Source: Promethearchaeota archaeon
GTDB taxonomy: Archaea > Asgardarchaeota > Lokiarchaeia > Sigyniarchaeales > SOKP01
Assembly: GCA_019058015.1 (NCBI GenBank)
Contig: JAHLWH010000263.1
Span: forward strand, 1-41,296
DNA: 41,296 nt
Direction: 5' to 3'
In this document: positions 9,365 through 19,102 of the stretch, piece by piece
Position numbering within the stretch: the first letter of the stretch is position 1
Layout of the letters: every line of letters begins with the position of its first letter
Made by a program: the position numbers and the translations under genes
The notes under the pieces: generated by a model
What the model was told of the DNA's origin: nothing
Databases searched by the model: none
Seen by the model: only the letters and a program-made list of their open reading frames with translations

Positions 9365-9518
9365 CTATGGAACGGTTAAAAAATTTAATAAATTTCTTTG
9401 TTTGAATTTTATCTTAGTATCTAAATTGGATAATTTAATTCCAATAAGACGAATTTTTCTTTTTCCTTTCGAAAATTCCTTAAATCACTCTAAAATAATT
9501 TTTACTGTTTTTTTCTCA
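9365..9518 (-). pseudogene. dinB: Duplicated 3' end of dinB (154-bp direct repeat, copy 1) with in-frame TGA
   Basis: Ungapped match to 11119..11272 (offset 1754) with 10 mismatches by manual count. Translates EKKTVKIILE*FKEFSKGKRKIRLIGIKLSNLDTKIKFKQRNLLNFLTVP*. Confidence 0.95.
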
Positions 9519-9757
9519 AATAAAATTGAAATTTTCTTTTGTTCTTAGAATTCTTTAGTATTTTTTAACAATTTCAATACATTCTTTATATTTCCCAACC
9601 TTATCCGATAAATGAATATAATTTTTAATACTTTTCGGATTGAACAAACGAGTTTAAGAGAATGAAATTCTATAGAAACAAAGTATTAAATATAAAGAAA
9701 TCAAATTATCTTATTCAAAATAGTATAAAATTTTACAAATATTAAAGGGTGAAATCA

Positions 9758-10903
9758 ATGATTGAAGAGAAAGATATTTATCGGCAATTACAGCAGCGTT
9801 TAGATGACTTACCAGTAGGCTTTCCATCAACTCAAACTGGTATTGAAATCGATCTGCTAAAGGTATTATTCTCACCAGAAGAGGCTAAACTTGCAACCAA
9901 ACTAGGCTTCTTACCTGAACCACTTAAAAAAATTCATCGCCGCGTGAAAAAAATGGGAATGTCACTCAATGAATTGGAAAGTTTCCTAGATAATATGGTA
10001 CAAAAAGGGTTAATTTTGGGAGGAGATATCTACAAAAATAGAGGAAAAGGGAAGTTTTATGGTAATGCCCTATATGCTATTGGGATTTACGACTACCAGC
10101 TAGGTAGACTCACCAAAGAGTTTGCAGAAGCCAATTATAAGTATTTGAATGAAGATCTTTTATATGAACTCAATAGAAAAGATATACCTTCACAAATAAG
10201 AACTATTCCAGTAGAAAAAAGCATAACTCCTGAACATTACGTTAGTTCTTATGATGATATTAGAAAAATAATAGAAAACTCAGAAGGACCATTTGCAGTT
10301 GCGGATTGTATCTGTAGAAAGACTATGAATCTTTTGGGAAATCCATGTAAGACTACAAATCTGCTTGAGACTTGTATATCAATGGAAGAAGCTGCTTTAC
10401 ATACACTCTATTTAGGTTATGCTCGAGAAATTGATAAACAAGAAGTATTAGAAATTCTTAACAAAGCACAAGATGAAGGATTAATACTCCAACCAACTAA
10501 CAGTCAAAGACCAGTATTTGTCTGTGCGTGCTGTGGTGATTGTTGCGCATTCCTAGCAAGTATGAAAAAGCTTCCGCGACCAGCAGACTATTTTACTTCT
10601 AATTACTTTTCTGAAGTAGATGAAGAATTATGTGACGGCTGTGGAACTTGTGTTGAGAGGTGTCAAATGGGTGCTTTAACACTTGTGGACAATATATCTC
10701 ACGTGAATTTGGATTTATGCATTGGATGTGGCAATTGTGTAGCGAGCTGTCCTTCTAATGCGAGATATCTTATTAAAAAATCCAAGGAACATGTGCCTCC
10801 AAAAGACTTTGAAAAGTTATACACAAAAATCTTGATGAAGAAAAAAGGATTCATAGGAACCTTGAAAACACTCGGACGGATGATGTTGGGTATGAGGATA
10901 TAG
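9758..10903 (+). CDS. Fe-S protein with N-terminal HTH-like region and C-terminal 2x[4Fe-4S] ferredoxin domain
   Basis: ATG 9758 follows GGTGA (track start GTG 9749). LFSPEEAKLA...MVQKGLI, CICR, CACCGDCC, CDGCGTCVERCQ and CIGCGNCVASCP. Confidence 0.9.
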   Translation: MIEEKDIYRQLQQRLDDLPVGFPSTQTGIEIDLLKVLFSPEEAKLATKLGFLPEPLKKIHRRVKKMGMSLNELESFLDNMVQKGLILGGDIYKNRGKGKFYGNALYAIGIYDYQLGRLTKEFAEANYKYLNEDLLYELNRKDIPSQIRTIPVEKSITPEHYVSSYDDIRKIIENSEGPFAVADCICRKTMNLLGNPCKTTNLLETCISMEEAALHTLYLGYAREIDKQEVLEILNKAQDEGLILQPTNSQRPVFVCACCGDCCAFLASMKKLPRPADYFTSNYFSEVDEELCDGCGTCVERCQMGALTLVDNISHVNLDLCIGCGNCVASCPSNARYLIKKSKEHVPPKDFEKLYTKILMKKKGFIGTLKTLGRMMLGMRI

Positions 10904-10954
10904 ATGATAAAAATTTCTTAAAAAAAAATATTTAATATTTGAAAATATTCTAAC

Positions 10955-11118
10955 TTTAAATTCTTCCAGATTATCTGTGACCATCTTCACGGTGTTTTAC
11001 CATCTTTTGTAAAGCGAAGATCGCATATTGGAGATCCATTTCTAATCGTTTGAGAATGATTTAGGTCATAAGCAGAAACTCGAGCGCTCGCATAATCAGT
11101 TAAGCATATAATAAAATT
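10955..11118 (-). pseudogene. C-terminal remnant of an L-2-amino-thiazoline-4-carboxylic acid (ATC) hydrolase-like gene
   Basis: Manual translation NFIICLTDYASARVSAYDLNHSQTIRNGSPICDLRFTKDGKTP*RW, then a frameshift to DNLEEFK. Matches the family pattern CxxDY...L.RTQTI..G...CDFRF. No start codon; it abuts the dinB stop. Confidence 0.65.
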
Positions 11119-11272
11119 CTATGGAATAGTTAAAAAATTTAATAGATTTCTTTGTTTGAATTTTATCTTAGTATCTAAATTGGATAATTTAATTCCAATA
11201 AGACGAATTTTTCTTTTTCCTTTTGAAAATTCCTTAAATAACTCTAATACAATTTCTAACGTTTTTTTCTCA
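11119..11272. repeat. 154-bp direct repeat, copy 2 (the intact dinB 3' end)
   Basis: About 93% identical to 9365..9518. Confidence 0.95.
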
Positions 11273-12210
11273 TTTTGTATAGGAATGAAAAGTGATTTAG
11301 ATCGAGTAAAAGTAATGAACCCCTGAAATCTTATCTTCAGCGTGATGGTCTTATAGAAAATATTGTGTTTAATTATTTTTTTATGAATTTTCTTATTGAT
11401 ATCTTCAAAAGTTTTTAGTATTATTTTAAAATCATCGATATCTTCAAGAAACGTTCTTTCTCTACTGATTGATTTTCTGTCCTCTCTAAATTCTTGCACA
11501 GGCCTATTATCTAATCCATTTACGATCTCCCAAATCCATTTTCCACTTTTGCCAAATAACTCAAACATCTTGGGCAAAGAGATCTTGATGAAATCACCGA
11601 TCACTTTTATTCCTTTCTCGTTATAATATTTTTTAGTTATTTTTCCAATCCCTGGAATCCTAATAATATCCATATTTTCTAAGAATGATTTTATTTTATC
11701 CGGCTCAACTACTGTAATTCCATTGGGTTTATCATGATCTGAACTAATTTTAGCTAAAGTTTTTGTAGGGGCACAACCAATAGAACATGTAATACTTTCT
11801 GATCTATAAATTTCTTCTTTTATATTTTCCGCTATCTCCCTTGCTTCTTTAAAGTCAGAACATATTTTTGTTATGTCCAAATAGGCTTCATCAGAACCAA
11901 CTTGTTGGAAAGCTGGTGAATAGTTTCTAATAATGTTCATTACATTTTTAGAAACTGCACTATATTTAGCAAAATTAGGTCGAATAAATATCGCATGAGG
12001 ACATAATTTGTATGCCTGAGATATTGGTGTAGCTGAATGAATTCCATATCTTCTCGCTTCATAAGAACACGTGGCTACAACTCCTCTACCTTTTCCCTCT
12101 TTAGGATCTGCTCCTACAATAAGGGGTTTTCCTTTATATCCTGGATTATCTCTCGCTTCGACTGCGGCAAAGAAACAATCCATATCGATGTGTAAAATAA
12201 TACGACCCAT
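11119..12210 (-). CDS. dinB: DNA polymerase IV (Y-family, DinB/Dbh)
   Basis: ILHIDMDCFFAAVE, CSYEARRYGIHSA, SDEAYLD, KTLAKISSDHDKPNG and C-terminal IRLIGIKLSNL. Confidence 0.97.
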   Translation of the reverse strand: MGRIILHIDMDCFFAAVEARDNPGYKGKPLIVGADPKEGKGRGVVATCSYEARRYGIHSATPISQAYKLCPHAIFIRPNFAKYSAVSKNVMNIIRNYSPAFQQVGSDEAYLDITKICSDFKEAREIAENIKEEIYRSESITCSIGCAPTKTLAKISSDHDKPNGITVVEPDKIKSFLENMDIIRIPGIGKITKKYYNEKGIKVIGDFIKISLPKMFELFGKSGKWIWEIVNGLDNRPVQEFREDRKSISRERTFLEDIDDFKIILKTFEDINKKIHKKIIKHNIFYKTITLKIRFQGFITFTRSKSLFIPIQNEKKTLEIVLELFKEFSKGKRKIRLIGIKLSNLDTKIKFKQRNLLNFLTIP

Positions 12211-12366
12211 TATCTTAGGTTATGAGGGTTCTTATTTAGAATATATTTTTCTTAAAATGTTTAAATTAAGAGAAATAAAAATGAAATTTAAAAAAAAAGA
12301 CTCAAAGATTAAACTAATTTTTAAATATATTCTTCAACTTTTCTTGAAATCATAATTTTAAATTAT

Positions 12367-13566
12367 TTAATTTATCATATCTACAGATTTTTTCCAAGCT
12401 TCAGAATTAACTCGTTTGATTTTATTTAGAAATTCCTCATCAGATATTTTATCTTCTTCACTAAGGATTTGATTGACTTTATTTATCAAAGTGGCTTCAA
12501 TTTCTTTTGATTTATTTTTATCTATTTTTTTAATTGCAGTATGTTGAGTCCAAAACCAATCGGGATTTACCTTATCGTAAGGACCGGGCTTTAATACCTT
12601 AAATCCTTCAGCAGGAAAGGCATAAGGTTTATAAACACTTATACATGGTCGAGTGCTACCTGTAAACCAGTGAATTGATCTACTTAAATTATTATTAAGT
12701 AAACTTACTTGACTTCCAACCGATTCATAGTAACCATGCATACAAATTCTTACATCGTGTTCTCGCAGAAATTCCATCATTAATGCAAGTTTAATTTTTC
12801 CTTTATTTTCAGTTAATAATTGCAGAGATCTACCAGGTCGGGAATAAGGAGAGAATTTTTCTGGAATTGGAGTATCAGAAAAAATCATTGCAAAGTCAAA
12901 ATTTTTGTCATCTTTGCAATATTCTTTTTCTATTGCATGTTGTATTATTCCTTTTCGTCTAAAATCACCTTTACCTCGAATCGACAAACTATTTGAAATA
13001 GATCTGACATCGTTAACTTTTTCAGCAATCCACCATTTATCCGCTGTTTCTAATATATATGCCTCCCTAGGATCTGCGATTATAAATGAATTGTGATATG
13101 TCCAAAATTCAGATCCAACAACACAATCGCCTCCTTGTCCATACTTTTCCAATAATTCAGTGATCACATCCAATGCTTCTTTAGCAGTTTTACCTCTCTC
13201 GAGCCCCAACCGTAAGAGATCCATTCCTAATAATCCCTTATCCCTTAATTTTTCCTTGGAATAAACTGCTTCATTACCAATTGCTACACCAAATTCGTTT
13301 GTGCCCATCTCTGCACCCCACATCCAATAGGGCTGGCTTAATAAAACTGCTGCAGTTTCATTAACTTGTGGGATTGAAATATAAGTGCATTTTAATTGTT
13401 CTCCTTTAGAATATCTAGTCCTTGGAACATATGTGATTAATTGTGCCTCTGTGTAAGGTCTATCGCTATTTTTCCCGAAGATAACATTATGATTTTCTGT
13501 GCTATTACCCAATGCAACAAAAGTATCACAAGAACATTTATTATAAAAATAAAAAAAATTAATCAT
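12367..13566 (-). CDS. Secernin / peptidase C69 family (Ntn-hydrolase)
   Basis: SCDTFVALG, IFGKNSDRP, WMWGAEMGTNEFGVAIGNEAV, LLGMDLLRLGLERG, YHNSFIIAD. The start codon is uncertain. Confidence 0.93.
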   Translation of the reverse strand: MINFFYFYNKCSCDTFVALGNSTENHNVIFGKNSDRPYTEAQLITYVPRTRYSKGEQLKCTYISIPQVNETAAVLLSQPYWMWGAEMGTNEFGVAIGNEAVYSKEKLRDKGLLGMDLLRLGLERGKTAKEALDVITELLEKYGQGGDCVVGSEFWTYHNSFIIADPREAYILETADKWWIAEKVNDVRSISNSLSIRGKGDFRRKGIIQHAIEKEYCKDDKNFDFAMIFSDTPIPEKFSPYSRPGRSLQLLTENKGKIKLALMMEFLREHDVRICMHGYYESVGSQVSLLNNNLSRSIHWFTGSTRPCISVYKPYAFPAEGFKVLKPGPYDKVNPDWFWTQHTAIKKIDKNKSKEIEATLINKVNQILSEEDKISDEEFLNKIKRVNSEAWKKSVDMIN

Positions 13567-13603
13567 TTAAAAAGATAAAAATTATAAAGTCTTTTTATTT
13601 TAT

Positions 13604-14821
13604 TTATTTAAGATAATTCAATGCCGTGATTGCAAATAGTTTTGTAGTATTTATAAGGTCCTCAACATATACAAACTCATCTTGAGCGTGAATATTATTT
13701 TCTCCACGAAATGGACCAATCGAAATTGTATTGATTCCTTTATTTTGAAATAAATGAGCATCATTGGTAGCCATGAATAACTTAAATTCTCTCTCTTCAC
13801 CATAAACTATTTTAAAGGATTTTTTAACAATTTTCGCAAAATCCGAGTTAATATCTGCTATTTGTGGTTCAATAGTCACTGGGATTTGAACTAGTATATC
13901 TAAATCGGGATCTTCTTTTTTCAATTCTTCTATAAAATTTAAAATCTTTGTTTTTATACTTTCAGCATCGTGTTCTGGAATTAAACTAATAAAACATCGT
14001 AGGAAGCATTTATCAGGAATTGCAGTAAGTGATGTTCCCCCTTCTATCTTTGAAAAAGTAACACTACTAATCTTAGAAGGAAGATCAGGATGATAGGGAT
14101 ATTTAGTTTCTTCTTTTTTAAAATCTTCTTGTAATTCCATTAAAAAATTCATAATTTTTAACATTTTGTGGATAGCATTGATTCCAGAATATTTATTACG
14201 ATGAGGAGGAGATAAATCTGGATACATAAAATGTCTACGTATTCCGGTTATATCGAAACCTATCTGAAAGGCACCATCAGTATATGCAATTGGATAATCA
14301 CTGGGAACATCTCCTAATAAACAAGCATCTCCTTTAACAATTTCTTCATTAACAAGATATTCAGTGCCACCAAGCCCACCTATTTCTTCATTAACAACGG
14401 CTGTAATAATTAATTTTCCATTTAAGTCAATTCCTGCATCAATTAATGCCTTAGCTGCAAAAATTTCAGCGGCTACACATGCTTTATCATCTGCTGCCCC
14501 ACGACCATAAATCTTATTTTCGATTAATTCTCCACCAAAAGGATCTCTCGTCCAACCATCAAAAACCGGAACCGTATCAAAATGAGCATTGAATATTAAA
14601 GATGGGCCTTTTCCAGTTCCCAGTTCAGCTAAGACATTATTTCTTTTAATTTCAGCCGTCATTCCTAATTCATTCATTTTTTCCGCTACAAATTTAGAAA
14701 TTTTTCGATATTTTCCAGGAGGAACTTCAGAAGGATGTCGAATAAGGTCCTTATGAAATTTAATAATTTCATCTCTCAAATTATCAATTCTATTCATAAT
14801 ATCTTTTTCTACATTTTCCAT
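13604..14821 (-). CDS. ArgE/DapE-family deacylase (M20 metallopeptidase)
   Basis: FNAHFDTVP, YGRGAADDKA, VNEEIGG, GINAI and NIHAQDE. Confidence 0.92.
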   Translation of the reverse strand: MENVEKDIMNRIDNLRDEIIKFHKDLIRHPSEVPPGKYRKISKFVAEKMNELGMTAEIKRNNVLAELGTGKGPSLIFNAHFDTVPVFDGWTRDPFGGELIENKIYGRGAADDKACVAAEIFAAKALIDAGIDLNGKLIITAVVNEEIGGLGGTEYLVNEEIVKGDACLLGDVPSDYPIAYTDGAFQIGFDITGIRRHFMYPDLSPPHRNKYSGINAIHKMLKIMNFLMELQEDFKKEETKYPYHPDLPSKISSVTFSKIEGGTSLTAIPDKCFLRCFISLIPEHDAESIKTKILNFIEELKKEDPDLDILVQIPVTIEPQIADINSDFAKIVKKSFKIVYGEEREFKLFMATNDAHLFQNKGINTISIGPFRGENNIHAQDEFVYVEDLINTTKLFAITALNYLK

Positions 14822-14896
14822 AACAAATTACCATTCTTTTGTTTTAATTTAATACATTTTTGAGAAGTTAAAATATTTTTTTTTATAATCTCCTTC

Positions 14897-15415
14897 TTAT
14901 TCTCTTTCGATTTCTTTAATAACTTTATTAATCAATTTAGGATGAAATCTAAATTCCCTTGAACTCGATTGAATATTTTTTAATAGATTTATACAATCCT
15001 TTTTATCTACTTGCCCGAGATTATAAGATTTCAATATAATTCCCAAGGTACCAACCACTTTAAATCCTTCAGATCTAATAATTTTTCTTACTTTTATTTC
15101 ATTAGTTAAGCAATAATTTACTTTAAATTCTTTTGCCAAGGCAATAATTGAACTTTCTCCTTCATGAATATGATATCTTTCCATTATTTCAATAGTTTTT
15201 TCTGTTTCTACCTTCTTTATTAGAATTAAACCTGTTTGAATAAACTCTTTTAAAATAAACGCATCCTTTTTCTGTAATGTTATTCCTTGAACTACTGTCT
15301 CGTTATAAATTATATTAGAAATGTAAATTTTTGTAAATTGATTCTGTAGGAGTTCTAATTGATTTATTTTTGAAAGGTGAATAAGAACATCAGAATCACT
15401 TACTGCTAAATCCAT
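14897..15415 (-). CDS. PIN-domain (DUF3368-like, VapC-type) toxin
   Basis: Likely start MDLAVSDSDVLIHLSKI (ATG 15415); IHEGESSIIALA, CLTNE, VVGTLGII. Overlaps the upstream antitoxin. Confidence 0.88.
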   Translation of the reverse strand: MDLAVSDSDVLIHLSKINQLELLQNQFTKIYISNIIYNETVVQGITLQKKDAFILKEFIQTGLILIKKVETEKTIEIMERYHIHEGESSIIALAKEFKVNYCLTNEIKVRKIIRSEGFKVVGTLGIILKSYNLGQVDKKDCINLLKNIQSSSREFRFHPKLINKVIKEIERE

Positions 15416-15656
15416 ATTGAAGTTCCTCATCTAATTCCCGTTTTCCAAAGTCTAGATAAATATTATTTTTCTCCAGAAGTTCTTCCATTTCGCGATAAGT
15501 AATTTTTAAAATTTCAGCCGCTTGTCGAAGACTTAACCTTTGTTCTCTATAAAGTTCAAAAACGAGTAATATTTTAATTTTCTTTTCCGGATCATCATTT
15601 AGATACGGCACTAATTCGGGAGGAATTTCAACTTTTATAGATTTAGTCATTTTCAT
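15396..15656 (-). CDS. UPF0175-family antitoxin
   Basis: ELYREQRLSLRQAAEILKIT...MEELL (HTH-like); small gene directly upstream of and overlapping the PIN gene. Confidence 0.85.
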   Translation of the reverse strand: MKMTKSIKVEIPPELVPYLNDDPEKKIKILLVFELYREQRLSLRQAAEILKITYREMEELLEKNNIYLDFGKRELDEELQYGFSSK

Positions 15657-15937
15657 TTACCAAAAACACAGTTTTATTTTTTAATTAATCAATATTAATA
15701 ATTCAAATGTTAACTTAATTATTTTTACTTTCTTTGAAAAATTTAATTCTATCTTTATTTTAAAATTGAAGGATAATCTCAAATATTTTGTATAGTTATT
15801 TTAATAGTTAAAATCTATATTTGACTAATGAAACTAATATTTAATGTTAATTAATAATTATTTAAAATTAGGTTTAAGAAGAACACAATCATAATTTAAT
15901 TATTATTTCTTTTGAAAAGAATGAAAAGAAATTAAAA

Positions 15938-17716
15938 ATGAAGGTTTGGATATTTACTTTTGAATATGCAGGTGTGGTTAAAGTTGGCGGATTAGGTGAA
16001 GTTCCGGCAAACCAAGCAAAATCCCTTAAAGATGAGTTAGATATTACAATCTTTATGCCTTCTCACGGTAAAAAAGATAATTTTCAATCAAGTTCGAATA
16101 TATTTGATTTAGGATTAAATTTTACAGGGGATTTTATCCCCTATGAGTTTGATATTCATATTTCACATACAAAATATGATATTTCACTACATAAAGTAGA
16201 AGTTAATGGAATAAATGTTATATTAGTTTCCGGAAGTAATGAAATTTCAAAAAAGATTTTAGAAGATCCACGTGTTTATAGCCCTGAAACCTTATCTGGA
16301 AAAATTGGATTATTTAGCTATGCAATTAGACATTATGTGGAATATTTAATTAAAAATAGACCAAATCAATTACCTGATATTGTGCATATTCATGATTATC
16401 ATCCATTCATATCTTATATCGCTATGAAACAGGAATTATTAAAACATGATTTAAATATTCCTTCTATGATTACATTTCATTTATTGACATGGCCAAGAAA
16501 AAATAAGCGTTTTATAAAAGCTTGCGGCATTGATGATACATCTCTGCAAATTTGGTTGGTTAATGAGAAAAAAAAATTATCATTTGGGGAGATTTTTGAA
16601 TTAGCAAGAAACAATGAACATATAAATCCTTCATTGGAAAAAATTTGCGCATTAATTGCAGATGTTATTACTTCTGTAAGTAAATCGTACTTAGAATCAG
16701 ATGTTATACCCAATCTTGGAGGAGATTTAATTATCCATAAATCAGATTTTGTATGGGATGGATGTGATTGGGATTACAATGAAATAATCACTGAGATTAA
16801 AAAAAATTTTTCTGAAGAAATTATAAATTTTACTGGTAATACAGATTATTCAAAAATATCTCGATGGGATATGAGAAACTTTTTATTAACACATAAAATT
16901 GAGAATATTCCTAAAAAAGAACCAATTATTACATCGGAAATCGTTTTAAAGGTTGTTAATTCTTTAAATGGAGTCTATCCAATACTCCAAGATCGAAAAG
17001 TTAAAGCTTTTAATGAAGATGGACCATTAATTCTAACTTCAGGAAGAATCTCACATCAGAAAGGAATAGACACTATTTTGGAATCAATTCCTCTAGTAAT
17101 TGAGAAAGTTCCTAATGCAAGATTTTTAATGCTTCTGATGCCCAACGAATATACTTTAGATGATGTACAAACTTATGCCGAATTTATGAAAACTTATCCT
17201 CAAAATCTTAGAATTTTATTTGGCAAATCAATATCAATTTATCACCTTGCCCATATTTGCGCAGATCTTTATTGTTGTCCTTCCAGATGGGAACCCTTTG
17301 GAATTACTGCGCTTGAAGCCATGTCTTCCAAAATCCCAGTAATCGCCACTAAAGTAGGAGGTTTTCAAGAATCCATAATCGACCTTAATAATGACTTAGA
17401 AATTGGGACAGGTATTCTAGTTAAGAAAGAAAATCCAGAAGAATTAGCTAATGCACTTGTTTCAATGTTAATCACTTCTGAAATTTGTAGATTGAAGAAA
17501 ACTAATGAAAGAATAACAGAATCTGAATTGAATTTAATGGCGCATGATGTTTTCTATCCTGCTCTAAGAAAGAAGGTATTAAAAGATAACCTTTATTATG
17601 ATAAGATTAAAGAGAATTGTCTGAAGAGAGTGGAGGAAAATTTTAGATGGAAAATAGTATCTCAAAAACTAATAAATATCTATAATAAATCAATAAAATT
17701 AATAAAAAATAATTAA
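15938..17716 (+). CDS. glgA: Glycogen/starch synthase (GT5)
   Basis: KVGGLGEV (KxGGL nucleotide-sugar-binding motif), DIVHIHDYH, GRISHQKG and PSRWEPFGITALEAM. Confidence 0.88.
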   Translation: MKVWIFTFEYAGVVKVGGLGEVPANQAKSLKDELDITIFMPSHGKKDNFQSSSNIFDLGLNFTGDFIPYEFDIHISHTKYDISLHKVEVNGINVILVSGSNEISKKILEDPRVYSPETLSGKIGLFSYAIRHYVEYLIKNRPNQLPDIVHIHDYHPFISYIAMKQELLKHDLNIPSMITFHLLTWPRKNKRFIKACGIDDTSLQIWLVNEKKKLSFGEIFELARNNEHINPSLEKICALIADVITSVSKSYLESDVIPNLGGDLIIHKSDFVWDGCDWDYNEIITEIKKNFSEEIINFTGNTDYSKISRWDMRNFLLTHKIENIPKKEPIITSEIVLKVVNSLNGVYPILQDRKVKAFNEDGPLILTSGRISHQKGIDTILESIPLVIEKVPNARFLMLLMPNEYTLDDVQTYAEFMKTYPQNLRILFGKSISIYHLAHICADLYCCPSRWEPFGITALEAMSSKIPVIATKVGGFQESIIDLNNDLEIGTGILVKKENPEELANALVSMLITSEICRLKKTNERITESELNLMAHDVFYPALRKKVLKDNLYYDKIKENCLKRVEENFRWKIVSQKLINIYNKSIKLIKNN

Positions 17717-17731
17717 CAGAGGAAATATAAT

Positions 17732-18145
17732 ATGGAAGAATTGTTAAGATGGCACGGACCTTGCGGAATTTATTGTAAAGCTTGCCCTGGAATAAGATTT
17801 TATAACTGCAAGGGATGTCGAGAAGAAAAAGGTAAAATATCTAAATTTCCTACATGCAAAACTTATGAGTGTGTTATTAGTAAGGGATATGATTTTTGTT
17901 ATGAATGTAAAGAATTCCCTTGCGAAATGCTTATGCCTATCGTCAATTTTGAAATCTTTTTACCACATAATTCGAAAATCTATAACTCAGTTATGATAAA
18001 GAAATTAGGTTTAGAAGAATGGTCAAAGATTTGCGAAGAAAGAACCAATTATTATTATAAAGGAAAAAAAATTCGCTATGGTGGCGATCCACTTACCCTT
18101 GAAAAAAAAGATGCGAGTTTGTATAAAAAAAAGGAAAAAAAATAA
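17732..18145 (+). CDS. DUF3795-type Cys-rich small protein
   Basis: PCGIYCKACP, CKGCR, CKTYECV...FCYECKEFPC; starts 15 nt after glgA. Confidence 0.8.
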   Translation: MEELLRWHGPCGIYCKACPGIRFYNCKGCREEKGKISKFPTCKTYECVISKGYDFCYECKEFPCEMLMPIVNFEIFLPHNSKIYNSVMIKKLGLEEWSKICEERTNYYYKGKKIRYGGDPLTLEKKDASLYKKKEKK

Positions 18146-18194
18146 TTGGTTTGACAAAAATAACAATATCTGTGAGAATTTAAGGGATTAAAAA

Positions 18195-18354
18195 ATGGTA
18201 AAAAAAATCCTTGCGACTGGTGCATCTGGTTCAACGGTTGGGGATACTTTTAAGGAGTAATATAGAAGAGAAGAATCTTGTTTATTCTAAAAGTGAAGTC
18301 ATAAATCTCTTTGAGAATTGCAACACCGACATGAACTATTTTTTACAATTTTAA
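18195..18354 (+). pseudogene. Remnant of an NAD(P)-dependent epimerase/SDR-like gene
   Basis: ATG 18195 after GGGA reads MVKKILATGASGSTVGDTFKE* (Rossmann TGxxG start), followed by degraded coding-like sequence. Confidence 0.55.
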
Positions 18355-18385
18355 ATAGTTTTTTCTTTAAGAAAGAATGAAGTAA

Positions 18386-18997
18386 ATGTTATTTTTTGAT
18401 TTTGACCCGTTTAGTGGTTTTATAATGTCATTTAGTGACGTTATAGATATGATAATAAACATTTATATCATAATTCTGCCATGCATGAAAAATATATTTG
18501 CGACTATTTTTCTAATAATGGGAATCTTATTGATTTATAAGATCTTTTTCAAAAGGAGAAAGAATGTAAAAATTAAAACCGGATATTATCAACCTATTAT
18601 TCCAGAGACTTTATTAGGTATTTTTTATATAATACTTGCATGGGGGTTGTACTTTGATTTTATCTTAATCCTAATTATTAATATAGCCGAATTAGCTCCT
18701 CCACCCTTGATATTTTATATTATTGATTCACTTGGATCTTCTGGATTTGCTGATATATTTGCCCCTCTAACTTCAGAATGGCAGAATTTAAATAATCTCC
18801 AGCTGCTGGGCATGTTATTTATTGGAACTATATCTATTTTAGGTTTTATTTTATTAATTTTTGGAATTCTAGTATTTATCAATAAGGATCTTAAGGGAAA
18901 GAAAAATAGTTTTGGTTTGATAATTGGAGGTTTTGCAATTATTTTAATTTTGGGTTTATCTCCAGGAGCTTCTCTATTATTAATAAACTCAATATAA
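18386..18997 (+). CDS. Hypothetical integral membrane protein (about 4-5 TM)
   Basis: Several hydrophobic stretches; no family motif recognised. Confidence 0.7.
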   Translation: MLFFDFDPFSGFIMSFSDVIDMIINIYIIILPCMKNIFATIFLIMGILLIYKIFFKRRKNVKIKTGYYQPIIPETLLGIFYIILAWGLYFDFILILIINIAELAPPPLIFYIIDSLGSSGFADIFAPLTSEWQNLNNLQLLGMLFIGTISILGFILLIFGILVFINKDLKGKKNSFGLIIGGFAIILILGLSPGASLLLINSI

Positions 18998-19102
18998 GAA
19001 ATTCACTTTTTTTATTTCCGTGAATTAATTAAACCTTAAGAACGGAAATATTGGAACTGGTTAAAAAAAAAACTTTTCAGTTATGAATAATTTTCTTTAA
19101 TT

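Noticed and set aside
9555-9655. Short minus-strand frame TRLFNPKSIKNYIHLSDKVGKYKECIEIVKKY*
   Set aside because: It looks like the C-terminal debris of a gene inside the dinB-bracketed insert, but I cannot assign a family.
19013-19050. GUGAA...GAAC as a eukaryote-type SECIS element
   Set aside because: The upper stem is too short and no neighbouring gene has an in-frame UGA at a Cys position.
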